DNA from: Synechococcus sp. | Lineage (GTDB): Bacteria; Cyanobacteriota; Cyanobacteriia; PCC-6307; Cyanobiaceae | Assembly (NCBI GenBank): GCA_047284725.1 | Contig: JBJBEO010000001.1 | Location: 2,232,203-2,296,202 of the forward strand | Length of the DNA: 64,000 nucleotides | Direction: 5' to 3' | Shown: one piece after another, positions 9,799 to 19,810 of the stretch | How the letters are laid out: each line of letters starts with the position of its first letter | Numbering within the stretch: the stretch's first letter is position 1 | Position numbers and translations under genes: made by a program | The notes under the pieces: generated by a model | Told to the model about the DNA's origin: nothing | Databases searched by the model: none | What the model saw: the letters and a program-made list of their open reading frames with translations, nothing else

Positions 9799-11085
9799 TT
9801 AGCCCAAGGCCTCAAGCAAGGCGGGGATGGCATCCAGGGCCAGGGTCTGCTCGTCCGCTTCGTCGCGCAGCGATTTCAGGCGCACGTGGCCCTGTTCCGC
9901 CTCCTGATCCCCGATCACCAGCGCCCAGGGAGCCCCACAACGGTCGGCGCGCTTGAACTGTTTGCCGAAGGCTGCCCCGGAGCCATCCAGCTCCACCGGC
10001 ACGCCGGCTTGTCGCAGATGGCGGGCCAAGCCGAGAGCTGCGGCCTCCGCCAGTTCGCCCCGGTTGATCAGATACACCGTGGGGGGCTGCTGCGCGGTGA
10101 GCCGGGCCGCAGCCCCCTCGGGATCAGCGTTGGCCGCCGCCTCCAGCACCAGCAGAAGGCGCTCCATCCCCAGGGCCCAGCCGATGGCCGGTGTTGCCGG
10201 GCCGCCCAACTGCTTCACCAGGCCGTCGTAACGACCACCGCCGCAGACGGTGGCCTGAGCACCGAGCTGGTCGCTGGTGATCTCAAAGGCGGTGTGACCG
10301 TAGTAATCGAGGCCGCGCACCAGACGGGTGTTCACCTGAAAGGGAATCGCCAGCTGACGCAACAGGGTCTGCACCTCCGCAAAGCGAGCGGCACTCTCCT
10401 CACAAAGAGCTTCCAGCAGGGTGGGGGCATCCGCCAACAGCGCCTGGGTGGTTTTGTTCTTGCTGTCGAGGATGCGCAGGGGGTTGGTGGCCAGGCGCTG
10501 CTGGGAATCGGGGTCGAGCTGATCGGCCCGCTGCTGCAGCCAAGCCACCAGTTGCTCGCGGTAGCGAAGGCGATCGTCTGGGGTGCCAAGGCTGTTGATC
10601 TCCAGCTCCAGCCCCTGGACCCCCAGATCCGCCAGGAGATCCCAGGCCAGGGCCATCACCTCCACATCACTGCGGGCACTGCTCACCCCCAGGCACTCCA
10701 CTCCGATCTGGTGAAACTGGCGCTGACGCCCCGCCTGGGGCCGCTCATAGCGAAACATCGGGCCGGCATACCAGAGCTTTTGGGCTCCCTGACTGAGCAA
10801 GCCGTGCTGCACCGCTGCCCGCACGGCGGAGGCGGTGCCTTCCGGCCGCAGGGTGCAGGAACGCTCACCGCGGTCGAGAAAGGAATACATCTCCTTGCCC
10901 ACCACATCAGTGCCTTCGCCGATGCCCCGCGCGAAGAGTTCAGTGACCTCCAGCAGCGGTGTGCGGATCTCCTCGATCCCGGCCCGGCGGAAATGCTCAC
11001 GGGCCACGGCCTCCACCGCCTGCCACCGCCGGGTCTGTTCCGGCAGCAAATCGACCATGCCGCGCAGGCTCTGCAGCTGACTCAC
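9799..11085 (-). CDS. hisS: histidine--tRNA ligase
   Basis: [39 protein letters not shown]. Confidence 0.98.
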   Translation of the reverse strand: MSQLQSLRGMVDLLPEQTRRWQAVEAVAREHFRRAGIEEIRTPLLEVTELFARGIGEGTDVVGKEMYSFLDRGERSCTLRPEGTASAVRAAVQHGLLSQGAQKLWYAGPMFRYERPQAGRQRQFHQIGVECLGVSSARSDVEVMALAWDLLADLGVQGLELEINSLGTPDDRLRYREQLVAWLQQRADQLDPDSQQRLATNPLRILDSKNKTTQALLADAPTLLEALCEESAARFAEVQTLLRQLAIPFQVNTRLVRGLDYYGHTAFEITSDQLGAQATVCGGGRYDGLVKQLGGPATPAIGWALGMERLLLVLEAAANADPEGAAARLTAQQPPTVYLINRGELAEAAALGLARHLRQAGVPVELDGSGAAFGKQFKRADRCGAPWALVIGDQEAEQGHVRLKSLRDEADEQTLALDAIPALLEALG

Positions 11086-11175
11086 ACCCTTCCCGCTTCA
11101 GTGGCGCCAGTCTGCCGGGTGGGGGTGGGCGGGGTCTTTGTGTCCCCCTGGCCTGCGGACCGTGATCAAGGGCCC

Positions 11176-11589
11176 ATGGCCGCAGCGGATGTGCGCTGGC
11201 TGCAGCGCCTGGACAACTACGAACGGGCGCTGGGAACCTTGGCCCGGGCCCTCTCACTGGCAGACGAGCGGCCCTTGAGTGAACTGGAAGAACAAGGATT
11301 GATTCAGGCGTTTGAATTCACCCACGAGCTCAGCTGGTTGTTGCTCAAAGACTTCCTCGTGGATCAAGGGGTGAGCGGCATCAGCGGCTCCCGGGATGCG
11401 GTGGTTCGCGAGCTGTTGCCAGCGGGGACGGAAGCCACCTGGATGGCGATGATCCGCAGCCGCAATCTCACCAGCCGTACCTACAACCCCGCGCTGGCCC
11501 ATGAGATCGCCGCACTGATCAGCGAGCGTTACGCGCAAGAACTGACAAACCTCCAACAGGAATTGCGACGCAGGGCCGACAAGCTGTGA
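11176..11589 (+). CDS. HI0074-family HEPN protein (HepT-like toxin); catalytic His appears substituted
   Basis: RWLQRLDNY, EQGLIQAFEFTHELSW; RNLTSRTY where RNxxxH is expected; ATG at 11176 (the 635-aa track ORF is an antisense-of-hisS extension). Confidence 0.85.
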   Translation: MAAADVRWLQRLDNYERALGTLARALSLADERPLSELEEQGLIQAFEFTHELSWLLLKDFLVDQGVSGISGSRDAVVRELLPAGTEATWMAMIRSRNLTSRTYNPALAHEIAALISERYAQELTNLQQELRRRADKL

Positions 11590-11912
11590 TCATCCCAGGC
11601 ATCCCCGATGCGGACAGCGCCCAGGTGCTGAAACTGATTCAACGCAATCCCAGCGTGCGCCGGGTGGTGCTCTATGGCTCCCGAGCACTGGGCCGGCATC
11701 GACCAGGGTCAGATCTTGACCTCTGCCTCGATGCCCCGGACATGGAGCTGGGGGAGCTGCTGGAACTCGGCGGTGCTCTCGATGATCTGCTGCTGCCCTG
11801 GCCCATCGACCTGCAGCTGCGCCATCAGATTGAGCACAAGGGGTTGCTGGACCATCTCGAGAAGGTGGGCCAGGTGCTGTGGACCCAGCCAGGTCAGCCC
11901 AGCAGCTCCTGA
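11586..11912 (+). CDS. minimal nucleotidyltransferase (MNT/MntA-like antitoxin, HI0073 family)
   Basis: LYGSRALG...SDLDL (GS-x10-DxD); 4-nt overlap with the HEPN gene. Confidence 0.9.
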   Translation: MIIPGIPDADSAQVLKLIQRNPSVRRVVLYGSRALGRHRPGSDLDLCLDAPDMELGELLELGGALDDLLLPWPIDLQLRHQIEHKGLLDHLEKVGQVLWTQPGQPSSS

Positions 11913-12844
11913 AACCAGGCGATGGTGGGCTCGAGGCCCTGCTCCAGGCTTACCTGGGGCCGCCAGCCCAGAACGCTCTGGGCCAGAGCAATGTCGGGTT
12001 GGCGTTGGCGGGGGTCATCCGCAGGCAGAGGCTTCTCGATCAGGGGCAACTCGGGGTTGATGCGGGCACGCACCTGGTCGGCCAGCCGTCGAATCGTGAA
12101 TTCACTGGGATTGCCAAGGTTGACGGGACCGGTGGCATCGCCATTCATCAACCGGATCAAGCCTTCGATCAGATCATCGACATAACAGAAGGAACGGCTC
12201 TGGCTGCCATCGCCGTAGAGGGTGAGTGGTTCACCGCGCAGGGCCTGCACAATGAAGTTGCTGACCACGCGGCCATCGTCGGCAAGCATACGCGGGCCGT
12301 AGGTGTTGAAGATGCGAGCAATGCGGATCTCGCTGCCATGCATGCGCTGGTAGTCGAAACAGAGGGTTTCGGCGATGCGCTTGCCCTCGTCGTAACAGGC
12401 GCGAATGCCGATCGGGTTGACGCAGCCGCGGTAGCCCTCGGGCTGGGGGTGGAGCTCGGGATCGCCATACACCTCACTGGTGGAGGCGAGCAGCAGGCGG
12501 GCCCTCACGCGGCGGGCCAGGCCAAGCATGTTGTAGGTGCCCAGGAAGCTGGTTTTAGCGGTTTTGACTGGATTGGTCTGGTAGTGAATCGGAGAGGCGG
12601 GGCAGGCGAGGTGCCAGATGCGATCCACCTCGAGCTTGATCGGCTCCGTGACATCGTGGCGAATGAACTCAAAGCGAGGGTGATCCCACCACTGACGCAC
12701 GTTGGCCTTGCGGCCCGTGAAGGTGTTGTCGAGACAGAGCACCTCTTCCCCGGCCTCCATCAAGCGATCGACGAGGTGAGAACCGAGAAAGCCAGCACCA
12801 CCGGTGACCAGGTTGCGGATCGGACCGGCAGGCATCGGCGGCAT
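11894..12844 (-). CDS. UDP-glucuronate decarboxylase (UDP-xylose synthase)
   Basis: [30 protein letters not shown]. Confidence 0.92.
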   Translation of the reverse strand: MPPMPAGPIRNLVTGGAGFLGSHLVDRLMEAGEEVLCLDNTFTGRKANVRQWWDHPRFEFIRHDVTEPIKLEVDRIWHLACPASPIHYQTNPVKTAKTSFLGTYNMLGLARRVRARLLLASTSEVYGDPELHPQPEGYRGCVNPIGIRACYDEGKRIAETLCFDYQRMHGSEIRIARIFNTYGPRMLADDGRVVSNFIVQALRGEPLTLYGDGSQSRSFCYVDDLIEGLIRLMNGDATGPVNLGNPSEFTIRRLADQVRARINPELPLIEKPLPADDPRQRQPDIALAQSVLGWRPQVSLEQGLEPTIAWFQELLG

Positions 12845-12871
12845 GGTTGATTGACTGACGTTAAGCAGGGA

Positions 12872-13645
12872 TCACCAGGTGCGATACACCAGCCTGCCCA
12901 GCAGCTCGCGCAGGGCACGGGAACTGGAATCCAGTGCCTGCGCCGACGGCAGCCACTGGCTGGGGTCGCGCCAGAGGGGGCCGGCCCAGCGGCCCCGGGT
13001 CTGGAAATCCACCGGGAAGGGACGCACCTGCAGGCCCTGACGTTCAAACAGGCGCTGGGCACGGCGCATGTGGAAGGCACTGGTGACCAGCAAAATGCGC
13101 GGGGGTGAGGCGGTCGTTGTCGATGTCTGGCGACCTAGGAGACGGCGAATCGCGATCGCTTCTTCAGCCGTGTTCACCACAGGCGGGGTACTGGCCATCG
13201 CCACTGGCGGAATACCAAGCTGCGCTGCTTCCTCGAGATAACGCTGGCCTTCCGGCGGCTGGCCGGGGCGGAACGGGCTGGCGCCACCGGTGAACAGCAG
13301 GCGCGGCGCCTTACCGGCGCGGTAGAGATCGAGCCCAGCCAGAAAGCGGTCGGGATCCTCCCACTCGCTGACGCGGGCGGCACCGGGGGCGGGGTGACGA
13401 CCGCCACTGAGCACCACAATGGCGTCGGCCAGCGGCGCCTCTGTCGCCAGGCGGCGTTGCCAGGGGGCCTCCAACCATTGCCACAGGCGCTGGCTCACCA
13501 GGCCCAGAGAGAAGAACCAGAGCAGCAGCAGGGCGGTGATCACCGGCCAGCGCCAGCGGCCGATCAAGCCGATGAACAGCAGGATCAGACTGAACCCAAG
13601 GGGCAGGAGAGCGAGCGGCAGCAGCTTGCTGAGCAGATAAGCCAT
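12872..13645 (-). CDS. YdcF/ElyC (DUF218) family envelope protein
   Basis: N-terminal TMs, IVVLSGG, NTAEEA, LVTSAFHMRRA, RELLG. Confidence 0.9.
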   Translation of the reverse strand: MAYLLSKLLPLALLPLGFSLILLFIGLIGRWRWPVITALLLLWFFSLGLVSQRLWQWLEAPWQRRLATEAPLADAIVVLSGGRHPAPGAARVSEWEDPDRFLAGLDLYRAGKAPRLLFTGGASPFRPGQPPEGQRYLEEAAQLGIPPVAMASTPPVVNTAEEAIAIRRLLGRQTSTTTASPPRILLVTSAFHMRRAQRLFERQGLQVRPFPVDFQTRGRWAGPLWRDPSQWLPSAQALDSSSRALRELLGRLVYRTW

Positions 13646-13652
13646 CGATCGG

Positions 13653-13929
13653 TCAGAGCAGCCAGCGCAGGTCACGCCTGAGCTCCATCGCCATGCGAGA
13701 GCCGTCGGTCAAGCGTTGCTCGAGCTCAGCTGGGGTCAGCACGAGCAGATCACTCCCGAACATGCCAACGTTCTCAAGGCTTGGCAAACGCCGCGTCTGC
13801 TGCTGTGCCCAGACCCGGTCGTCCTTCAAAACCTGATCAAGGGCTGGCCAGTGCCAGACGGATTGCTTTAACGAGCGCACGGGCTTGGCTGATGGCGTCT
13901 GAACTCTGCAGACGGCCGAAGTGATCGTC
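13653..13929 (-). pseudogene. decayed HEPN + nucleotidyltransferase toxin-antitoxin remnant
   Basis: 13929-13837 reads DDHFGRLQSSDAISQARALVKAIRLALASP* (HEPN-like C-terminus); the overlapping frame reads (K)PVRSL..W.WP..VGMFGS|DLLVLTPAEL..LRRDLRWL, an MNT with AAG where ATG is expected and the DxD core missing. Confidence 0.7.
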
Positions 13930-14092
13930 ATCAAGGTCCGGGTCGTGCACGTCAAGCATCAAACATCAACCTAGGTGCGTTTCCGGGGAATCCAACACGG
14001 CTTCCCTCGAAGAGCCAACCTGCAGGAAATCTCACCGACTAAGCAAGAGACATGCACTGCAGCGGATGTCCAACCAGCAACACGCCTTGTGA

Positions 14093-16000
14093 TCAAGCAC
14101 GACGCCCGCCTGACTGACTGGGCTCTTTCCTTTGCCACTCCGGCACCAGAGCCGCCAACAGCTCCATCGCTGCCGGCAGATCCTGCGCCGCAATCGCTGC
14201 TTCCAGTGCTTCCAATTGGGGCCAGAGCTGCGCGGGGGGGAGTGCGCGTTCCTGGGCCCGGTAGATCAACGGATGCGCTGTGGGCTGGGATTCGGCATCG
14301 ATCAACAACTCCTCGAAAAGCTTCTCGCCAGGACGCAGTCCAGTGCAGACGATCTCAATCTCGCCGCCGGGGTTCTTGGCATCGCGCAAGGAGAGGCCAC
14401 TGAGACGCACCATCTGCTCGGCCAGGTCTTTGATCAGCACCGGCTCGCCCATATCGAGCAGGAACACATCCCCGCCCTGGGCGAGAACAGACGCCTGCAA
14501 CACCAAGGAGGCCGCCTCCCGGATCGTCATGAAATAGCGGATTATCTTGGGGTGGGTGAGGGTGATCGGCCCTCCTGCCGCGATCTGGCGTCGGAACAAG
14601 GGCACCACCGAACCGGAAGAGCCGAGCACGTTGCCAAAGCGCACCATGGCAAAACGGGTGTTGCTGGCCTCAGCGGCGTGGGCCTGCAGCACCAATTCGG
14701 CCAAGCGCTTGGACGCACCCATCACGTTGGTGGGGCGCACGGCTTTGTCGGTGGAAATCAAGACCACCTCGCGAACGCCGGTAAATACGGCAGCGCGGCA
14801 CACATGGTGGGTGGAACCGACGTTATTGGCCAGTCCCGCCAGGGGATTGGCCTCCACCAAAGGCACATGCTTGTAGGCGGCGGCATGGAACACGAGCTCC
14901 ACAGCCTGATCCGCAAACAAGTGTTTGAGCAATTGGTAATCGGTGGCCGTACCCAGCACAGGCTCAATCGCGCCACCCTCCGGCAACAGGGAACGAAGCT
15001 GCTGCTCGACGGCATAGAGCGCCGGTTCACTGCTCTCCAGCAGAATCAGCTTGGCTGGTGATAACGCCAGGATCTGGCGGCAGAGCTCGGAGCCAATCGA
15101 TCCGCCAGCACCGGTGACGCAGACGACGGCTGCGCGAATGCCTGGGCCGAGCAGCTTGGGGTCAGCGGGCACAGCATCTCTGCCGAGCAGATCCTCGATC
15201 ACGATCGGCCGCAGAGAATCGATGCTGGCGCGGCCGGAGGTGAGGTCATCCACCGAGGGCACCTGCAACACGGCAATGCCACGGCGCTGAAGGTCGTCCA
15301 CGATGCGGCGCCGTTCACTGCGGGCGAGGGATGGAATGGCCAGAAGCACGCCATCGACGGAGCCCTTGAGATCCTTCAACACCTGAGGTGGCTGGATCGC
15401 GACTCCGTTGATCGAACGGCTCCAATAAGAAGGATTGTCGTCCAGGAAAGTAACGATCTTGTGGTTGCCGGCGAGCCGAAGGGCCGCCGCCAACTGGGCG
15501 CCGGCTTCACCAGCGCCATAGATCGCGACACGCATCTGTTGCTTGTGCTGCGTAGAACGCAAACTGAGTAAGACATCGCGCAGGGCAAAGCGCACAGCGC
15601 CCGTCAAACCGGTGAGCAACAACCAAAGCAAGATCCAACTGCTGCGGGGCGGCATCGGCAGCCGCAACATCACACCTGTGCCGGCCAGCACCAGCACTAG
15701 AAGGCCGTTGCGTCCTGCAAGGCGATAGAGCGCTGCACTACCGACATAGCGGGTGAGTCCCTTGTATTGCGCTGTCATTGCATACAAGGGCAGGCCCACG
15801 GCAATCACGGCAAGTAACAACCAACCACCAACGGCCATGAAGTTGGGGTGGAAGGGATGGGCCAAGCGCAACCAGAAGCTCAGCCACACCGCCAGGGGCA
15901 GCAGAAGTGCATCAACGGCAATCAGAAGGAGTCTGCGTAACAAAGGTGAGACACGCAGCAGAGGGTTGATCGCCGCAGCAGAGGTTGAACTCATCGACAA
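14093..16000 (-). CDS. membrane-bound UDP-GlcNAc 4,6-dehydratase (CapD/WbpM/PglF family)
   Basis: N-terminal TMs, GAGEAG, GAGGSIG, HAAAYKHVP, STDKAV, MGASK, GLRPGEK. Confidence 0.95.
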   Translation of the reverse strand: MSMSSTSAAAINPLLRVSPLLRRLLLIAVDALLLPLAVWLSFWLRLAHPFHPNFMAVGGWLLLAVIAVGLPLYAMTAQYKGLTRYVGSAALYRLAGRNGLLVLVLAGTGVMLRLPMPPRSSWILLWLLLTGLTGAVRFALRDVLLSLRSTQHKQQMRVAIYGAGEAGAQLAAALRLAGNHKIVTFLDDNPSYWSRSINGVAIQPPQVLKDLKGSVDGVLLAIPSLARSERRRIVDDLQRRGIAVLQVPSVDDLTSGRASIDSLRPIVIEDLLGRDAVPADPKLLGPGIRAAVVCVTGAGGSIGSELCRQILALSPAKLILLESSEPALYAVEQQLRSLLPEGGAIEPVLGTATDYQLLKHLFADQAVELVFHAAAYKHVPLVEANPLAGLANNVGSTHHVCRAAVFTGVREVVLISTDKAVRPTNVMGASKRLAELVLQAHAAEASNTRFAMVRFGNVLGSSGSVVPLFRRQIAAGGPITLTHPKIIRYFMTIREAASLVLQASVLAQGGDVFLLDMGEPVLIKDLAEQMVRLSGLSLRDAKNPGGEIEIVCTGLRPGEKLFEELLIDAESQPTAHPLIYRAQERALPPAQLWPQLEALEAAIAAQDLPAAMELLAALVPEWQRKEPSQSGGRRA

Positions 16001-17160
16001 GCTCTTTGCACCACTGAACGAACCACTTCCGTGTAAGCAGACATCTGCTCATTGGTAATGGTTGGATGAACTAAAAACATCAGACTTGTCTCGCCAAGAT
16101 TGCGGGCCACAGGCAGGCGCTCAGCGGGGGCGAGCCCAGCCTCCTGGAAGCACCTCTCCAGGTAGATCTCGCTGCAACTGCCGGCGAGAGCGGGATATCC
16201 AAGTGCGGCGATCTCCGTAAGGATACGGTCACGGCTCCAACCATCAGCCAGCGCTTCGGGCTGCACAAAGGCATAGAACTTGTACCAGGCGTGGGTGAAG
16301 TGCTCTGGTGGCAGGGGCACACGCACGGAGGGCAAATCCCCCAGGGCCTGAGCGAGCAAGAGAGCATTGCGAGTGCGAGTAGCGGTCCACTCCGGCAAGC
16401 GCTGGAGCTGGATTCGACCGATTGCGCTTTGCAACTCAGTGAGGCGGAAATTGGAGCCGAAACGTTCGTGCAGCCAACGAAAGCCGGGTGGATGCTCGCG
16501 CTCGAAGACCGCCTCATGAGTTTTTCCGTGATCCTTGAAGGCCCACATGGAATCCCAGAGTTCAGAGCGAGAGGTGTTCACCATGCCGCCCTCTCCAGCG
16601 GTGGTCATGATCTTGTCCTGACAGAAGCTCCAGGCGGCCAAATCGCCGAAGCTGCCCACTGATTGACCGTTGATACGGGCGCCATGGGCCTGAGCGCAGT
16701 CTTCAATCACGGCGATGCCATGGGTGCGGGCGAGATCACAGATGGCCGGCATGTCGGCGGGCCAGCCACCCAAATGCACCACGGAGATGGCCTTGGTGCG
16801 GGTGGTGATCAGCGGGGCGATGGTGGCAGCTGTGATGGCGCCGGAATCGGCATCGACATCGGCAAAAATCGGCTTCGCACCAAGAAGCACGGCGCTGGAA
16901 GCGGTGGCGATGAAGGTACGCGGAGTGGTGATCAGCTCATCACCCTGGCCTATGCCGATAGCTAGATAGGCAGCGGAAAGAGCCAGAGAGCCATTGGCCA
17001 TGGCGATCGCCTGACTGCTGCCACACCACTCAGCAAACTCGTGCTCAAAAGCCTTTGTTTCTTCTCCCGTCCAGGTATTCACCTTGCCGGAAGTAAGAAC
17101 ATGCGCGACCGAATCAACTTGATCGCTATCGAAATAAGGCCAAGAGTTAATAAGGGACAC
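15991..17160 (-). CDS. DegT/DnrJ/EryC1/StrS sugar aminotransferase (PglE-like)
   Basis: EDCAQAHG, WSFCQDKIMTTAGEGG. Confidence 0.93.
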   Translation of the reverse strand: MSLINSWPYFDSDQVDSVAHVLTSGKVNTWTGEETKAFEHEFAEWCGSSQAIAMANGSLALSAAYLAIGIGQGDELITTPRTFIATASSAVLLGAKPIFADVDADSGAITAATIAPLITTRTKAISVVHLGGWPADMPAICDLARTHGIAVIEDCAQAHGARINGQSVGSFGDLAAWSFCQDKIMTTAGEGGMVNTSRSELWDSMWAFKDHGKTHEAVFEREHPPGFRWLHERFGSNFRLTELQSAIGRIQLQRLPEWTATRTRNALLLAQALGDLPSVRVPLPPEHFTHAWYKFYAFVQPEALADGWSRDRILTEIAALGYPALAGSCSEIYLERCFQEAGLAPAERLPVARNLGETSLMFLVHPTITNEQMSAYTEVVRSVVQRACR

Positions 17161-17176
17161 GGCTGCAGAAGACTAT

Positions 17177-17821
17177 TCAGCTTGAAGACACAACACGCGC
17201 CGGCACGCCGACAGATGTGACGCTACTGGGAAGATCACGAATAACAGCAGCACCAGCACCCACGATGACATCGGAGCCAATGCACACCTTCTGGATCACC
17301 GAAGCACCGATGCCGATCCAGCTGCGGGCACCAACTCGCACCTCACCGGCCAGGCGAGAACCTGGGCAAAGATGAACGCCATCAGCGAGTTGGGCGTCGT
17401 GATCGACGCTACAACCGGTATTTAGGATCACGCCAGTACCAATACAGACCTGAGCTTGTACAGCCACCTGAGCAAAGACCACAGAGGCTGGTCCAAGCTG
17501 GGCAGACGGCGAGACCCACGCGGTGGGGTGCAGCAGCGTGGGCAAGTGATAACCGGCTCGCTGTAGCCGCTGAATCCAGTCAATACGAGTAGAGGCATGA
17601 CCGATGGCCACTACAGCCGCGTCAAATTGAGAGGCGGTACATGACTGCAGGGACAACGCAAGAGGGCCAATGACAGGCCAATCAATTACCGGCGGCAATG
17701 GATCCATGGCGGTAAAGCGATCGTCTAGAAAAGCAAGACTGGAAGCAAATCCACTGACGAGAGCGGTTTCCGCTACAACCTTGGCGTGTCCACCTGCTCC
17801 CAGAATTAGAAGACGGCTCAT
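17177..17821 (-). CDS. sugar N-acetyltransferase (PglD/NeuD-like, hexapeptide repeat)
   Basis: GAGGHAKVV, VDHD, LbH repeats, GVPAR. Confidence 0.92.
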   Translation of the reverse strand: MSRLLILGAGGHAKVVAETALVSGFASSLAFLDDRFTAMDPLPPVIDWPVIGPLALSLQSCTASQFDAAVVAIGHASTRIDWIQRLQRAGYHLPTLLHPTAWVSPSAQLGPASVVFAQVAVQAQVCIGTGVILNTGCSVDHDAQLADGVHLCPGSRLAGEVRVGARSWIGIGASVIQKVCIGSDVIVGAGAAVIRDLPSSVTSVGVPARVVSSS

Positions 17822-18242
17822 ATGGCGCCGATGTCATTCAAAAACACTGCCAAAATCACTCCCAAGCCACTCGCGCCAATAATAAAAGGAATCCAGCAAA
17901 GCTCTGACGAGCAGACTGGTAGCAAAAAGTTGGGTACTATAATCTCTCTGGTCAAAATAAAAAGACTGCAAGCAGGAAGAAAGGGACAGATCAAAAGGAT
18001 TCACCTGCCCCCAAAACACCAACAAGACCGAACAGCACCATGAGAGAAACGCAATGTCAAGCAGTAAGCAACACAAAACTTTTAAACAAGACAACTCAGC
18101 GTTCGGAGAACCCACTGCAAAATAAAACCGTCTCAAACCTATCGCAATCAAATACCAACAAGACAACGAGCAGGGCAAACAACGATACAAAAATCGAAAA
18201 CAGAAAATATAACGAAAGGATATATATTAGGTGTGTTTTAAT
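17818..18242 (-). other. hydrophobic, stop-interrupted stretch; possible decayed small membrane-protein gene
   Basis: Short hydrophobic frames; one ends ...GVILAVFLNDIGAI* with its TGA overlapping the next ATG; no intact convincing ORF. Confidence 0.3.
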
Positions 18243-19232
18243 CTACTCCAAAGACTTTAGAATCAAAGCTTCCAAATCACTTACTCTGGCCTGCAAAGAA
18301 GAAATCTGAGAACGCAGTGAAATAATCTCACACTCTGCATAAAAGCCGAGCTTTCGTCCAACCCTTGGGAGCCATTCTGGGGAAGCAGACCATTCAAGAA
18401 TCCATAAACAGCCATCACCGCACTGGATCAGAAATTCACCAGTGTCAGACACTTCAAGGATTCGCCCAACAACTCCTTTTATAGATTCAGAAAAAGTAAG
18501 ATTTGCACGTGTAATGACAATTTTTTCGTCCACATCAAAGGTGAATGCGCCAGGGTGGGGAGAGCACGAAGCACGAATATGAGTCAATAAATCAACAGCT
18601 GTGTTATGCCAGTTTATCCATCCATCATCAGGGGAGCGCTTACCATAATAGGTAGCAGAATTATGATCCTGAGGACGTAACTCAACTGAGCCATCTGCGA
18701 GCCTTGGCAACAAATCATCTAGCGCGATGGCCTCTGCATTCAACAGCTTTTTTTCTACGGAGGACGCATCATCAGAAAAGTCAACACTAAAAGGCACTTG
18801 AACTAAGATTGGTCCATCGTCAACGCCCTCTTGCATAATGAAGAATGAAGCAGCTCCATCATTTTGCTCAAGAATCAACCAAGCCAATGGAGCCCTGCCA
18901 CGACCTAGAGGCAAGTTAGTAGGGTGAAATCCCACAAAACCGTCAGGAGGTATGGTCAACATAGCTATCGGGATTATTTGCGATAGACCAACCGCAAAAA
19001 CCCGATCAGGCCCAAAGTCTCTAAGAGACTGTGTGCATTCATCAACCCTTACAAATGATTGGTAAATAAATCCCGACTCTTTGGCGACCAAGGAAAGATC
19101 AACCCAACCACTTACATTGGAAGTATTTTGAGGCTGATAACCAAAAACAATGACATCCTTAAAACCATGTTCACAAAGCTTTCGAACAACAACACCTGTT
19201 GAACGAACACCACCAATGACTGCAATTTTCAT
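18243..19232 (-). CDS. sugar N-formyltransferase (Fmt-like) with C-terminal coiled coil
   Basis: GFHPTNLPLGRGRAP, GVDDGPI, PHPGA. Confidence 0.88.
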   Translation of the reverse strand: MKIAVIGGVRSTGVVVRKLCEHGFKDVIVFGYQPQNTSNVSGWVDLSLVAKESGFIYQSFVRVDECTQSLRDFGPDRVFAVGLSQIIPIAMLTIPPDGFVGFHPTNLPLGRGRAPLAWLILEQNDGAASFFIMQEGVDDGPILVQVPFSVDFSDDASSVEKKLLNAEAIALDDLLPRLADGSVELRPQDHNSATYYGKRSPDDGWINWHNTAVDLLTHIRASCSPHPGAFTFDVDEKIVITRANLTFSESIKGVVGRILEVSDTGEFLIQCGDGCLWILEWSASPEWLPRVGRKLGFYAECEIISLRSQISSLQARVSDLEALILKSLE

Positions 19233-19810
19233 AATTCAGGAGTAATACTTTTCTCACCAAAAACAACTACAGCTAGAGTTTGAAAAATAATCATTAGATC
19301 AAACAAAAACCCCGCATTGTCAATATATTCGACATCGTAGTTCCACCTTTGCTCCCACGAAAGAGTGGTATTACCATTTACTTGAGCAAAACCAGTCAAC
19401 CCAGGACGCATCTCCGTACGAATCTTCGCCCACCGAGGCATTGAATTAAAAGTCTCAAGAAGGCAGGGTCTAGGGCCGACAAAGCTCATATCCCCGATAA
19501 TTATATTTAAAATCTGAGGTAGTTCATCAATTTTGAAACGCCTTAAGAGTCCACCAAATGGAAATACACCATCTCCCCAATTCGAAGTTTGAGAAACTGG
19601 ACGGAAAAAATCTACGTGCATGGTTCTGAATTTGAGTATCGAAAACAAACGCCCCCCGAATCCGACTCTCTGTTGACAAAAAAACAAAGGACCTTTAGAA
19701 GAGCACTTTATTCCTATTGCAACAATTAAAAATAGTGGCACAAAAAGAATAACAAGCGACAAAGCAAAGGCAAAATCACAAAATCTCTTAAACAACAGAT
19801 AAGTACTCAT
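19229..19810 (-). CDS. initiating phosphoglycosyl transferase (small PglC-like sugar transferase)
   Basis: KRFCD, KFRTM, IDELPQ, MSFVGPRP, RPGLTG. Confidence 0.93.
   Translation of the reverse strand: MSTYLLFKRFCDFAFALSLVILFVPLFLIVAIGIKCSSKGPLFFCQQRVGFGGRLFSILKFRTMHVDFFRPVSQTSNWGDGVFPFGGLLRRFKIDELPQILNIIIGDMSFVGPRPCLLETFNSMPRWAKIRTEMRPGLTGFAQVNGNTTLSWEQRWNYDVEYIDNAGFLFDLMIIFQTLAVVVFGEKSITPEL

Noticed and set aside
9682..11175. 635-aa plus-strand ORF appearing to be a large HEPN fusion
   Set aside because: The first ~500 codons are the antisense shadow of hisS; the real gene starts at ATG 11176
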